Below are positions 51,101-62,017 of a stretch of DNA of 64,000 nucleotides, one piece after another. This stretch comes from an uncultured delta proteobacterium (GTDB taxonomy: Bacteria > Myxococcota_A > UBA9160 > PR03). The notes beneath the pieces were generated by a model. That model made no database searches, had not been told where the DNA came from, and saw only the letters and a program-made list of their open reading frames with translations. Location of the stretch: assembly GCA_963801625.1 (NCBI GenBank), contig CAWDFQ010000007.1:2977-66976 (forward strand), written 5' to 3'. The position numbers and the translations under genes are program-made. The first letter of the stretch is position 1; the number at the start of each line of letters is the position of its first letter.

Positions 51101-52699
51101 TCAGACCAACCGGCTCTGGTGGCCCTGCCAGTAGCGGCTGCGCAGCTTGCGCTTCAGCATCTTGCCGGTCTCGGTACGCGGCAGTTCGGCGACGAAGTCG
51201 ACCGTGCGCGGACACTTGTAGTGCGCGATCTGCGCGCGGCAGAACTCGATCAGTTCGTTCGCCGAGCGCGGGGCCGGCTTCGCTGCCAGGCGCGGGTACC
51301 ACGACGGCCTTCACCTCTTCGCCCATCTCGTCGTTCGGCACTCCGATCACCGCGACGTCGTGCACCTTGGGATGCGTGATGAGATGACTCTCGGTTTCCT
51401 GCGGGTAGATGTTCACGCCGCCCGAGATGATCATGTTCGACTGGCGATCGGTGAGGTAGAGATAGCCCTCGGCGATCGAGGTAGCCGATGTCGCCGATCG
51501 TGAAGAGGTCGCCGCGATAGGTCGTCGGCGGTCTTGCGGTCGTCCTTGTAGTAGTTGAAGCGCGCCGTGGGATCGGGCGGCGCTTCGAAGTAGATCGGCG
51601 CCCTCGCGGTTCGGCTCTTCGATCGGCCGGCCTTCCTCGTCGAGGATGTGGACCTTGCCGCCGGACCAGTGGCGACCGACCGAGCCCTTGTGTGTCGAGC
51701 CACTCCTGCGCGCGAATCAGCGTGCCGCCACCTTCGGTGCCCGCGTAGTACTCCTGGATCGCGTCGCCCCACCATTCGATCATCGCCTGCTTCACTGCGA
51801 TCGGGCAGGGCGCGGCCGCGTGCACCGCGACGCGCAGCGAGGAGACGTCGTAGCGCTTGCGCACCGCCTTCGGGCAGCGAGAGCAGACGCTTGAAGTGCG
51901 TCGGCACCCACTGCGACGTGGTCACCTTCTGCCCCTCGATGATGCGCAGCGCTTCCTCGGCGTCGAAGTGGCGCATCGCCACTACCGTCGCTCCGATCCG
52001 GTGTTGCGCGGACGAGAACGCCAGCGGCGCCGCGTGGTAGAGCGGGGCCGGCGAGAGATAGACGTCGCCATCCTTCATGCCGAAGAGCAGCGCGAGCCCG
52101 ACCTGCATGAGCGTCGCCTTCGGATCGCCGGCCGGAGCGTGGACGAGGGGACGCCGCACCCCCTTCGGTCGGCCCGTGGTGCCGGAGGAGTAGAGCATCA
52201 CCGAGCCTTCGAGTTCCTCACCGAGCGACTCGTCGCTGGGCGCCGATGCAATCTCGTCCTCGAGGGCGCGGAAGCCCGGAATCGCGCCGCCGACGCTCGC
52301 GGACACGACGAGCCGCGGGACTTCGCGCGCCACCGCCTGCGCCAGCTCCGCAAAGCGTGCGTGCGCGATGAAGAGTTTCGCGTCGCAGTTGTCGACGACG
52401 TACTGCACCTCATCGCGCTGGAGGTGCCAGTTCACCGGCGTGAAGTAGAGACCCACGCGGTGGCAGGCCCAGAAGAGGTCGTAGAAGACGTCGTCGTTGG
52501 CGACCAGCGCGGCCACGCAGTCGCCGGGCACCAGACCGCAGCGCCGGAACGCGTGCGCGATGCGCCGCGATCGCTCTTCGAGCTGCCCGTAACTCTCGAC
52601 GAACTCACCATTGCCGAAAATCACTGCGGGCCGATCGGGTTGCTTCGCTGCGTATGTGGTGATCGTGAACAATGCGCGCCTCCGTACGCTCCGCGCCAT
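51101..52699 (-). pseudogene. acyl-CoA synthetase / AMP-dependent ligase, many frame disruptions
   Basis: MLYSSGTTGRPKGV (AMP motif), YHAAPL, EYYAGTEGGG, GDIGYLD, ISGGVNIYPQE and the C-terminal [15 protein letters not shown] are found across three - strand frames (ORFs 51431..53017, 51250..51864, 50934..51434, and my own translation). The start is ATG 52699 or TTG 52672, which follows a GGAGG. Confidence 0.8.
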
Positions 52700-52889
52700 G
52701 CCGCCGGGTGGCGGTCGCGCGAGCCGGGCGAGGGTAGACGAGCCCGCGCAGCGAATCCCAGCCCAATCCCAGCGACCGTGGCGATCCCAACGAGCCGCGC
52801 GGGTCGCTCCAACTGTGGAACGCACACCGCTCGCTGCCAGCAACGCGCACGCCGCGTTCACGGTCAGCAGTTCGAGCTGCCCACGGTGC

Positions 52890-53110
52890 TTCCGATTGCT
52901 CATGACTCCCTCCGAACTCGGCAGCGACGTGCGAGAGGAGGTCGCTGCGTCGTTTGATGGAAGGAGTATCTGCGGGGGGATCTGCTGGGCCTTCCCGCCG
53001 ACCGGGTAAACGCACATCCTGGTCTGCTTCCTGGCCTACGTGCTGTGGAAGACGCTCGAGCAGCGGCCGATGCTGCTCAATCGGCTGCGCCTCCCGTCAC
53101 GGATCAACGA
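52890..53110 (+). mobile_element. degraded C-terminal remnant of an IS4/IS1634-type DDE transposase
   Basis: My own translation gives ...THILVCFLAYVLWKTLEQ, followed by LLNRLRLPSR. This matches my recollection of the conserved transposase C-terminus (..AHILVCFLAYVLWKTLEQ...LLxRLGLxLP), with the intervening part deleted. A stop lies immediately upstream, and only weak similarity is seen before it. Confidence 0.5.
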
Positions 53111-53345
53111 AATCTCGTGCCAACTCGGGAAGCCAACTCTGCGAGAAACCAGGGAAAAGCCTTCTAACTGGCGAATTTGGGCTGCCGAGTGCGCCTGCAC
53201 CGGGCGTCCACTTGGGCGTGCGGGTGCGTGGCTTGCTGGTGCGCTCCGCGAAATTCGCCTGGAGATGTCATTTGTGCGCGTCGTTTAGGCTACGGTCCCC
53301 ATGTTGAATAGGAAGACGTCTCCGGAACGTGAGGGGAGAAGGTTC

Positions 53346-54554
53346 ATGAAATCAGCCCGAGTGAGCGCCTGTGCAGTTCTGGTCTTGGGTTTGGCTGTCG
53401 TGAGTACACCCACGGCGGCTACGGCCAAGTCGTGGACGGTCAATCCCGGGCAGTCGATTCAGGCCGCGGTCGACGCCGCTGCGCCGGGCGACACGGTCAA
53501 GGTGATGCCCGGCGACTACACCGAGACGCACCCGGGCACCGCCGCCGTACGGATCACCAAGCCTCTCAAGTTGGTCGCCAAGAGCAAGCTGCCGAAGGGC
53601 GACCGCGAAGGTTCGCATCCTGCCGAACCCGGGGCAGAGGGACGGCATCGTCGTCGAGCCCGCAAATCCGGGTGATCCGGATATCGACGGCGTCGAGATC
53701 AAGGGCTTCACCGTCGAGGGTTTCCCGAACAACGGCATCTGGCTGCGCCACGTGAACAACTTCAAGATCGAGAACAACGAGTCGATCGACAACCTGGAGA
53801 ACGGCATCTGGCCGACCCTTTCCGCGAACGGGCAGGTGAAGAAGAACGTCGCCTACGGCTCGCAAGACAGCGCGCTGTGGGTCGAGGCTTCCGAGAACGT
53901 CCGCGTCGTCGACAACGATCTCCATCACAGCCCGACGGGCCTCGAGATCACGATCTCCAAAGACGATCACTGCGAAGAAGAACGACATCCACGACAACAC
54001 CGTCGGAATCGGCCTCTACCATCCTGCGGCGGCGGGGCTGGATTCGCCCTGGCCGTACTCGGAGCTCGGCGACTGGCGGATCGCCCACAACAACGTGCAC
54101 GACAACAACGAGCCGAATAGCGCGTCGGGGGGATGAGACCGCGGCGCTGCCGCCCGGTGGCGGCATCCTGCTGCTGGGCGTCGACCGCGTCGATATTCAG
54201 AAGAACCGGATCGAGAGCAACGACTTCGTCGGGGTTGCCATGGCCGACTGGTGCCTTGCAGTGATGGGAACGGGTTTCGATTGCCGACCGAAGATGCCCG
54301 ACTACGCGGACCACACGCCGGACTACAATCAGGTCATCGGGAACAAGTTCGCCAACAACCACGCCGACACATCTCCTCCCCCGGACGAGTCGCCACTGCA
54401 GGCAGCGGACATCTTGGACGTCGGTTTGGAATGGTTGTATTACGGAACGTATGGAACGGGAACGGGCAACTGTTTCAGCAAGAACAGGCTCATCAAGACG
54501 CCCCACGATATTCCCCTGCTGACGTTCCCCGACCCGCTCCCCGGGTGCATCTAG
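53346..54554 (+). pseudogene. secreted right-handed parallel beta-helix repeat protein (NosD-like), frame disrupted about 3 times
   Basis: It has the signal MKSARVSACAVLVLGLAVVSTPTAATA. WTVNPGQSIQAAVDAAAPGDTVKVMPGDY is typical of beta-helix proteins. Repeats follow: GIWLRHVNNFKIENNESIDN, NVRVVDNDLHHSPTGLEI, HDNTVGIGLY and VDIQKNRIESNDF. The pieces are ORFs 53301..53675, 53752..54120 and 53877..54554. The switches are near 53610, 53965 and 54130. Confidence 0.7.
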
Positions 54555-54616
54555 GATCTTGCCCGGCGGTTGGGTGAGCGCTCGGAGCGCGATCGGAACG
54601 TCGCCTGGGAGGTGAC

Positions 54617-55807
54617 GTGGTACGCCCGAGCGCCTGCTCGACCATCCTCCGGCAGTTCGCCGGCCCGGAGGCGGACGAGCTCGCGATCCTCTGTCGCCCA
54701 GAGGGCCGATCGCCGGATCCGGTCCACCAGGCCGAGGCGGTCTACCGGGCGTTGGCGACGCTGCTCGCCGCCCATCAGGCGTCGTTCCGGGATCTCACCA
54801 GCGAGACGCTCTTCCTGCGCGACGTCCGGCACGATCTTCCGCTGGTGCTCGACGTCCGGACGCGGGTTCTCGCTGACCTCGGCCAGAGCGCCTGCGCGCC
54901 GCTACCCGCGTTCATCCAGCAGGCGCCCGTCGGCCAAGGCGCGAGCTTCGAGCTCTCGGCGTCGGCCGTGGTCCCTCGCCATCGCGACGCCTGGTCGGTG
55001 CGCGACGTCCGGGCGGCGCCGTCGTGCGCGTGTGAGGGATGCGCCCGATCCGGTGCACGGCTCGTTCGCCTCGGCGACCAGGTATCGCTCCACACGACGA
55101 ACGTCTACGGCGCCGGTGGCGATGCGTTCGAACAGGCCTGGGACATGTTCCGCGCGGCGGAGCGCCTGCTCGATCAGTGTGGCATGGGGTTCCGCGACGT
55201 CGTCCGCACCTGGATCCACCTGCGCGACATCGACCGGGACTACGACGCGCTCAACAAAGCCCGACGCGAGTTCTTCCGGCACTGCGGCATCGAGCGAAGG
55301 CCCGCCAGCACCGGCGTCCAGGGCATCCCTTTCCCCGACGCGCACGACTTCTCCATGAGTCTCCATGCGGTGCAGTCCGCCCGACCGCTCGACGTCACAC
55401 CGATGTCCACGCCGTCGCTCAACGAGGCGTGGAGCTACGGTGCGGACTTCTCGCGCGGCCTGAGGCTCGCCGAGGCGAACAAGGTGACGCTCTACGTCTC
55501 CGGAACCGCGAGCATCGACGAGGCGGGGCGGACCGTCCACGTGGGCAACTTCGAGGCTCAGGTCGATCGCATGCTGGACAACATTGCATCGCTTCTTGCC
55601 CAGCAGGGGGCCAGCTTCGAGAACCTGGTCTCCGGGGTCACGTACCTGAGGAACCCGAGCGATGCGCCGGTTCTGCGTTCGATGTGTCAGCAGCGCGGCT
55701 TCGACGGCTTCCCGTGCGCGCTCGTCGAGGCCCCGCTGTGCCGGCCCGAGCTTCTCTGTGAAGCGGAAGCCGTCGCGCTGCTTCCTCTCGCAACAGCAGG
55801 AGCGTAG
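54617..55807 (+). CDS. multi-domain RidA/YjgF-fold protein, possibly chorismatase-like (FkbO/Hyg5/XanB2 family)
   Basis: Intact 396-aa ORF. The C-terminal domain is canonical RidA (LYVSGTASIDEAGRTVHVGNFEAQVDRMLDNIASLL...LLCEAEAVA). A preceding RidA-like repeat reads RDVVRTWIHLRDIDRDYDALNKARREFF...PASTGVQG. The size and repeated YjgF fold fit chorismatases as I recall them. No search was run. Confidence 0.5.
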   Translation: MVRPSACSTILRQFAGPEADELAILCRPEGRSPDPVHQAEAVYRALATLLAAHQASFRDLTSETLFLRDVRHDLPLVLDVRTRVLADLGQSACAPLPAFIQQAPVGQGASFELSASAVVPRHRDAWSVRDVRAAPSCACEGCARSGARLVRLGDQVSLHTTNVYGAGGDAFEQAWDMFRAAERLLDQCGMGFRDVVRTWIHLRDIDRDYDALNKARREFFRHCGIERRPASTGVQGIPFPDAHDFSMSLHAVQSARPLDVTPMSTPSLNEAWSYGADFSRGLRLAEANKVTLYVSGTASIDEAGRTVHVGNFEAQVDRMLDNIASLLAQQGASFENLVSGVTYLRNPSDAPVLRSMCQQRGFDGFPCALVEAPLCRPELLCEAEAVALLPLATAGA

Positions 55808-55816
55808 GCAGCGAAG

Positions 55817-58203
55817 ATGCCGCAGGCTCGTCGTTCGGTCGTGGTCGCCACCGTCATTCCGCTTGCTCTCGCTGCGGGCCTGTTCATCGCCGGCTGCGAT
55901 CGCGAGCCCAGCACGCAGGCGATCGTCGCCGCTGTGGCCGATGCGACCGAAGCACGACTGCAGATCACCTATCCGTTGGAAGGCACGCTGTTCCCCCCCG
56001 AGAGCGTCGCTCCGACCTTCGTGTGGGAGGACAAGACGGGAAACGCCGATCGCTGGGACGTCGTGGTTCGCGACGACACCGGCGGCGACGTGCTGCGGGC
56101 TTCGGTCGACGCGCCGCGCTGGAGACCTTCGGAGGAGAGCTGGAAGCAGATCAAGCAGCGGAGCGCGGAGCGCGATGCCGAGGTGATCGTCGCCGGCGTC
56201 AGCCAAACGGAGCGTGCGACCGTCTCGTCATCGGCGCGCGTGCACATTCGCACGTCGAAGGACGAGGTCGGCGATTCGCTGTTCTATCGAGAGGTTCCGC
56301 TGCCGTTTCTGACGGCCGTGCAGGATCCATCCCGCATCCGTTGGCGCTTCGGAACCATCGACGCGGAGTCCGGCCCGCCGATCGTGCTGCAGAACCTGCC
56401 CGTGTGCGGCAACTGTCACTCCTTCGCGGACAACGGCAGCATTCTCGGGCTCGACGTCGACTACGGCAACGACAAGGGCGCCTACGGCATCATGCCGGTG
56501 TCGAAGCACATGGTGATGGACGACGCGAAGATCATCACGTGGGCGGACTACAAGCGCGAGGACGGCGAGCTCACCTTCGGGTTGTTGTCGCGGGTCTCTC
56601 CGACGGGACGGTACGTGATCAGCACGGTCAAGGACCGGTCGGTGTTCGTCGCCATCCCGGACCTCATGATCTCGCAGCTCTTCTTTCCCATCAAAGGCAT
56701 TCTCGTCGTCTACGATCGGGAGACGAAGACGTTTTCGGCGTTGCCGGGGGCCGACGACCCGCAGTACGTGCAGACCAACGCGGTGTGGAGCCCCGACGGC
56801 AAGGAGATCGTGTTCGCCAGGGCGAAGGCCTACCACGCGGAGCGCCTCGATCAGCAAAACAGCGCCCTGGTCGACGAGAAGGACGTCCCGGAGTTCACCG
56901 TGGAGAAGAAGCCCTTTCGCTACGACCTGTACCGGATCCCGTTCAACGACGGGAAGGGCGGAACGCCGGAGCCGTTGCAAGGCGCCTCGGACAACGGGAT
57001 GAGCAACTTCTTCCCGAAGTACTCGCCGGACGGCAAGTGGATCGTCTTCTGCAAGGCCAAGAGCTACATGCTGCTGCAGCCCGACAGCGAGCTGTACATC
57101 ATCCCGGCCGCGGGCGGCGCCGCGCGACGCCTGCGCTACAACACCGCACGCATGAACTCCTGGCACAGTTGGTCGTCGAACAGCCGCTGGCTGGTCTTCT
57201 CCTCGAAGGTGAACACGGCCGTACACGCAGCTGTTCCTCACGCACATCGACGAGAACGGCAACGACAGCCCGCCGGTGCTGCTCGAGCGATTCACCTCGC
57301 CCGACCGGGCCGCGAACATTCCGGAGTTCGTCAGGCTACCCGGCGACGCCATCGCGGACATTCGCGAGCAGTTCCTGGATCCGTACTCGTTCCTGCGGGC
57401 CGGGATGGCCAACGAGCACACGGGGGACCACAAGGGCGCGGAACGTGCCTATCGGCGCGGGTTGGAGATTGCTCCGGACGACGCCGAGCTGCGCAACGCG
57501 CTGGGATGGACGTTGTTCCAGGACGGGCGGACCGCGGAGGCGGTGGCGGAATACGAGCGAGCCCTGACGGCGAATCCCAATCACGCGAAGTCGCACAACA
57601 ACCTGGCACTCGCGTTGGTGGAGCTCGGTCGGCTCGACGAGGCGGCCGGTCACTTCAAGACGTCACTCGCGCTCGAGCCCAAGGCGGAAATATACAGCGA
57701 CCTCGGATTCATCATGGCGCAGCTGGGCAAGTCGGAGGAGGCGCGCGCGGATTACCAGAAGGCGCTCGAGCTGGACCCGAACTGCGCGTCGGCGCACTTC
57801 AACCTGGCGGTGACCTTCGTGCAGGCGGGGAAGTTCGGGGAGGCCGAGTCCCACTACCGCCAGGCGCTCCCTGGAAGGCCCACCGCCGAGACCCACAACG
57901 GCTTGGGTTACGTGCTCGCCCGACAAGGCCGTACGGATGAGGCGGTTGCAGAATTTCGCAAGGCGATCGACGTCGACGCGAAGTTCACGCCTGCCTACAA
58001 CAACCTCGCGGAGGCGCTGGCGAAGCAGGGAAAGCTCGAAGAAGCGGAGCATTACTACGAGCGCTCGCTGGCGGAGAAGCCGAGCGCAGCCGTGTACAAC
58101 GCTCTCGGCGTCGTCCTGCGCAGGCTCGGCAAAATGGATCGAGGCAGCGGACCAGTTCGGCAAGGCGAAGGCCCTGAACGGTGGGTTCGACCGGAAACCG
58201 TGA
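55817..58203 (+). pseudogene. lipoprotein with CXXCH motif, TolB-like beta-propeller and C-terminal TPR array, frame disrupted twice
   Basis: A lipobox-like LAAGLFIAGC is present, followed by the heme-type motif LPVCGNCHS. PD40/TolB-like repeats follow: WSPDGKEIVFAR, YSPDGKWIVFCK and WSSNSRWLVFSS. Eight or more TPR units then occur (ORF 57276..58244). The frame switches are near 57220 and 58139. The gene ends at the TGA at 58201-58203. Confidence 0.7.
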
Positions 58204-58256
58204 CACCTGAAACTCATCTAGGTAAGGGTTGTCCCTTCCGATAACGCCGTAACGCT

Positions 58257-58553
58257 TCACGCTGCGACTCGCTCGTATCGGTGGTGGAGCCCGCGGAGCT
58301 CCGGGAAGGAGATCACGGCTCCGAGCTGCCTTCCCTGCATGCGCCGCCGCTCCGGAGCGTCCGTCTCGAGCGCCAGATCGGTGCGCGCGCAGTGCAGTAG
58401 CGGGCGTAGTCGGAGAGGATCCGGGGCTCGCCAACCATCTGGGCGAGCGTGGTCTTGCCGGATTGGCGCGGGCCGTGGATCAGCACGACCGGAGAGTCGG
58501 CGAGCGCCTCGATCAGACGCGGCTCGGCGTAGCGCGGGCAGAGGGAGGGACAT
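58257..58553 (-). pseudogene. mosaic gene debris: Walker-A ATPase N-terminal fragment abutting an integrase/transposase C-terminal fragment
   Basis: One - strand frame reads RYAEPRLIEALADSPVVLIHGPRQSGKTTLAQMVGEP, like the N-terminus of an AAA/DUF4143-type ATPase. The ORF-track frame ends ...GAVISFPELRGLHHRYERVAA*, resembling the C-terminal tail of rve-type integrases (recall-based). Neither fragment is complete. Confidence 0.45.
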
Positions 58554-58758
58554 CTCAGCCGTCGTCGGCCGATCGTGACTCTAGGGCTCGGCTGATTGCA
58601 AGGTTTGAGGTCGGCTAGATGAAAGGACGGGGACGGTGAGGCTCACATGGATCACTGGCGAGGGGCAGGGCGGGAGGTTCGCAGCGAAAGTACGAGCGAG
58701 GGCCCATTCCATTGCTCGGCTGCCGCTTCGTGCTTGAATACCATTGCCTCGGCATGGG

Positions 58759-61700
58759 ATGGGTCGGAACTTGATTGAAACATTTGACGACTTCGAGCTG
58801 GATCACAGGTGCTTTCAGCTCCGCAGACGCGGGTCACCTATCCGGATTGAGCGACGAGTCTTCGAGCTGATCGCGTATCTCGTCCGGGAACGGGATCGTG
58901 TCGTCTCCAAGGAGGAGATCTTTGCTCGCGTCTGGGATGGGAGATCCGTCACGGAAGGATCGTTGACCGTCGCCATGACGGCTGCGCGAAAAGCGCTGGG
59001 CGACGATGCCAGAGCGCAACGCATGATCGAGACGCACCCTCGGCGGGGCTACAGATTCATCGGAGAGGTTCGGGAGCAGTCGATCTGGCCACACCGTGTA
59101 GGCGATAGCGCGCGCGCGCGGTCTGAATCCGTGCGCGATCCCTTCGTGGGAAGGGAAGCGGAACTGAGAATCGTGGCCGATTCGTTCCGAGCGGCAGGAG
59201 CAGGCCGGGGTTCGCTCGTTCTTCTAGGCGGCGAAGCTGGAATTGGGAAGAGCTCCGTGCTCGTGCAATCCGGTCATGAACTCGAGCGTGCAGGAAGCTC
59301 TAGTGCTCAAGGGCATGTGCAACGAAGGGGAAGGTGGCGCCGCCTTCCGGCCATGGGTGCATGTGCTGAGGGGGTGCTTGCGGCAGCGACCGCGATCTGA
59401 GATCAATCAACTCCTCGGCGTATTGATGGAGGAAATTACGCGCCTTCTGCCGGAGATGAGCGATTCGTTGCGAGAGCCCGATTTGGAACCCGCCACTTCC
59501 CGTCTGAGGCTCTTCGATGCCGTCTCCCTCCTGATTCAGCGCCTTAGCGAGAAGCTGCCAGTAGTCGTCGTACTCGACGACCTGCACCGCGCCGACAAGC
59601 CTTCGCTGCTCCTTCTCGAACTCTTAGTGTCCGAATTGCGGAATGCACGCGTATTGATCGTAGGGTCACATCGAGATTCCGAAACCGCTCGCGATGAGTT
59701 CAGGTCCAGAATCATCGGCAACATCTGTCGGCAGCCCGGGTGCCGAGTCGCAGAGCTCTCCGGTCTCGGCGCATCCGAGGTGAGCGATCTCCTAGAGCAG
59801 TCGCTCGGGTCGAGACCCGGTGCCGCGGCTGTCGATCGACTGCGAGAACTCACGGGCGGTAACCCATTCTTCCTCACGCAGCTCATGCAGGTTGCTCGAT
59901 CTGGAGGCGCCGACGATCTGCTTGCCGGCACTTTGCCCCCCACCATCCGCGATGCCGTTGTGCGGCAGATCGATGGGTTGTCCGAGGCCACGCGCAAGTT
60001 CCTCGTACTCGCCTCCGTCGTTGGCCGAGAATTCTCGCGATCAGTCCTTGAGCATGCCGGAGTCAATAGCGGGCACTTCGTGGACTGCATCGACGAGGCG
60101 GTCGGGGCACGGGTGATCCTCGAGGTCGAGGAGGAATCCGAGAGCTATCGGTTTGCACATGTCCTCGTCCGAGATGCGCTCTACACCGGGATCGAGCCGA
60201 TGGAGAGAGCGAGGCTCCATCAGCGGATTGGTCGAGCGCTCGAGACGGTGCTGCGTGGTGAGGTTCAAGACCATCTAAGCGAGCTGGCTCATCACTTCTG
60301 TGCCGGAGTGGCCGCTGGTACTGGCTCGGACGCTCTTCAGTACTCGGAGCGTGCGGGAGCTTGGGCGACTGGGCGGCTGGCCTACGAGGAGGCGGCGGAG
60401 CACTACCGAGAGGCCCTGCTTCAGCTGGAGCGCCTGATTCCTGCAGATGACGAGAGGAGGGGTGAGCTGCTGTTCGCTCGCGCTACGGCGCTGATGCGGG
60501 CCGGTGAGAGACTAGCCGCGCGCGGCACCTTCGAGCGCGCCGCGAGACTCGCAAGACGAGCAGGGAACTGGGAGCAACTTGCGCGCGTCGCTCTGGCGAT
60601 CGCACCGGGACTGCTCGCGGTCGAGGCAGGAGCGCCCGACGCGCTGGTGATTGGCTTGCTGAGGGAGGCGCTGGATCGGGTGCCCGATACCGCCGGGCCC
60701 ATACAGGCGAGGCTGCTTGCACGGTTGGGTATGGCGCTGTTCTGGGCAGGCGATGACCACGAACGACGCGTCCTCAGCGATCGAGCGTGGCAGCTTGCAG
60801 AGCGCCTCGACGACCCGGGACTGGAAGCCTATGTGCTGCTTGCACGGTGGTTCGCGGAGTGGGATCCGACAGCATGCGAAGTTCGGTGGCAAATCGCAGA
60901 CGAGTTGGCGCAGCGGCGTAACGATCTCAAAGACCCCGAGCTGCAGATGGTGAGCGAACTCTTTTCTCATCACATGCCTAATCGAGCGCGGAGAAATCGA
61001 GGAGTTCGAGCGCCGCGCAGGTCTCTTCAGCCAGTTCGCGGACGACCTGCGCCAGCCGGAGGCGCTCTGGTACGCACTCTTGTTGAGATCAATGCGCGAG
61101 CTGCTGGCCGGGCATTTCGATATCGGCGAGGAGATGTCCGTTCGCTTCGCCGAGATAGGGCAGAGGGTGGGGGACGCAAACATCTTCCACAGCAGGATGG
61201 CTCATCGACTCGTGCTCGCGTACGAACGCGGGCGTTACGACGAACTCGTCGAGACGGCACGAGAGGCTACCAATCGCCATCCGGAGATTCTCGGTTGGCG
61301 TGCTGCGCTTGCGTGGTCTCTCAGCGAAGCAGCCAGGTTGGATGAAGCCCGAAGTGAATTCGAGTTTCTCGCTCGGAATGAATTTCGGAACATTGCTCGC
61401 ACGATGGACTGGTCGGTCGCGATCGCACTGCTCTCAGAAGTTTGCGTGAAGCTCGGCGACCGCAGTCGCGCAACGCAGCTCTATGAACTCCTGCTCCCGT
61501 TGCGGGGGCGGTTCGTGATGTTAGGTCTTTGCGTAATGAACTGGGGCTGCGCTTCTCGATACCTCGGCCTCCTCGCAGCCCTTCTCCAGGACTACGACGG
61601 CGCCTCCGCGCACTTCGATGAGGCGATCAGCATGAACGCGGCGATTGGAGCACGGCCCTGGCTCGCACACTCGAAGTACAACTACGCCGAGTGCCTTGTC

Positions 61701-61835
61701 GCGTTGATGCCGGTGAGCGGAGAAGAGAGGGCGCTGCGGCTGTTGGAGGACGCGCGAGCCATAGCAAGCGAGCTGGGTATGAAAAACCTTCTGCGACGCA
61801 TCCGGCTACTTCGGCCTGCGGATGCACGTGGCTAG
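58759..61835 (+). pseudogene. large STAND-type regulator: OmpR/PhoB-type winged-helix + AAA_16 ATPase + TPR-like C-terminus, frame disrupted twice
   Basis: The wHTH is FDDFELDHRCFQLRRRGSPIRIERRVFELIAYLV...ETHPRRGYRFIG. The other blocks are FVGREAEL, Walker A LLGGEAGIGKS, Walker B VVVLDDLHRAD and TGGNPFFLTQL. A long helical repeat region runs to 61835. The pieces are ORFs 58744..59400, 59243..61345 and 61080..61835. The switches are near 59297 and 60965. Confidence 0.8.
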
Positions 61836-61961
61836 CCGCCTGGTTGAGTGGCTACTCGTTGGCGAACCACCTTAAGCTCACGTCTTGACCGTGCTTTGGC
61901 TGATAAGCACTTGTCTTTGGCCCACCAGACCATGATCGCGACTGACTAAGTCGTCCAGTTA

Positions 61962-61975
61962 GTATCGATCGATAC
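61962..61975. promoter_or_regulatory. perfect 14-bp palindrome GTATCGATCGATAC upstream of the PilZ fusion gene (candidate operator)
   Basis: The palindrome lies 43-56 nt upstream of ATG 62018, in a comparatively AT-rich 182-bp spacer. A run of 9 G (62008-62016) lies between it and the start codon. Confidence 0.35.
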
Positions 61976-62017
61976 CTCAAGGTCTGCGATAGTACGTGTC
62001 GCATCGTGGGGGGGGGC

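Noticed and set aside
52700-52903. In-frame upstream extension of the acyl-CoA synthetase starting MSNRKHRGQLELLTVNAACALL (ATG 52903 behind GGAGGGAG), reminiscent of an excisionase-type HTH (LLTVxEAAxLLGVS)
   Set aside because: The similarity is short and needs an insertion. The rest (WDRHGRWDWAGIRC...) is not HTH-like. It could be read-through upstream of the real synthetase start. I kept it only as a note because it lies next to the transposase remnant.
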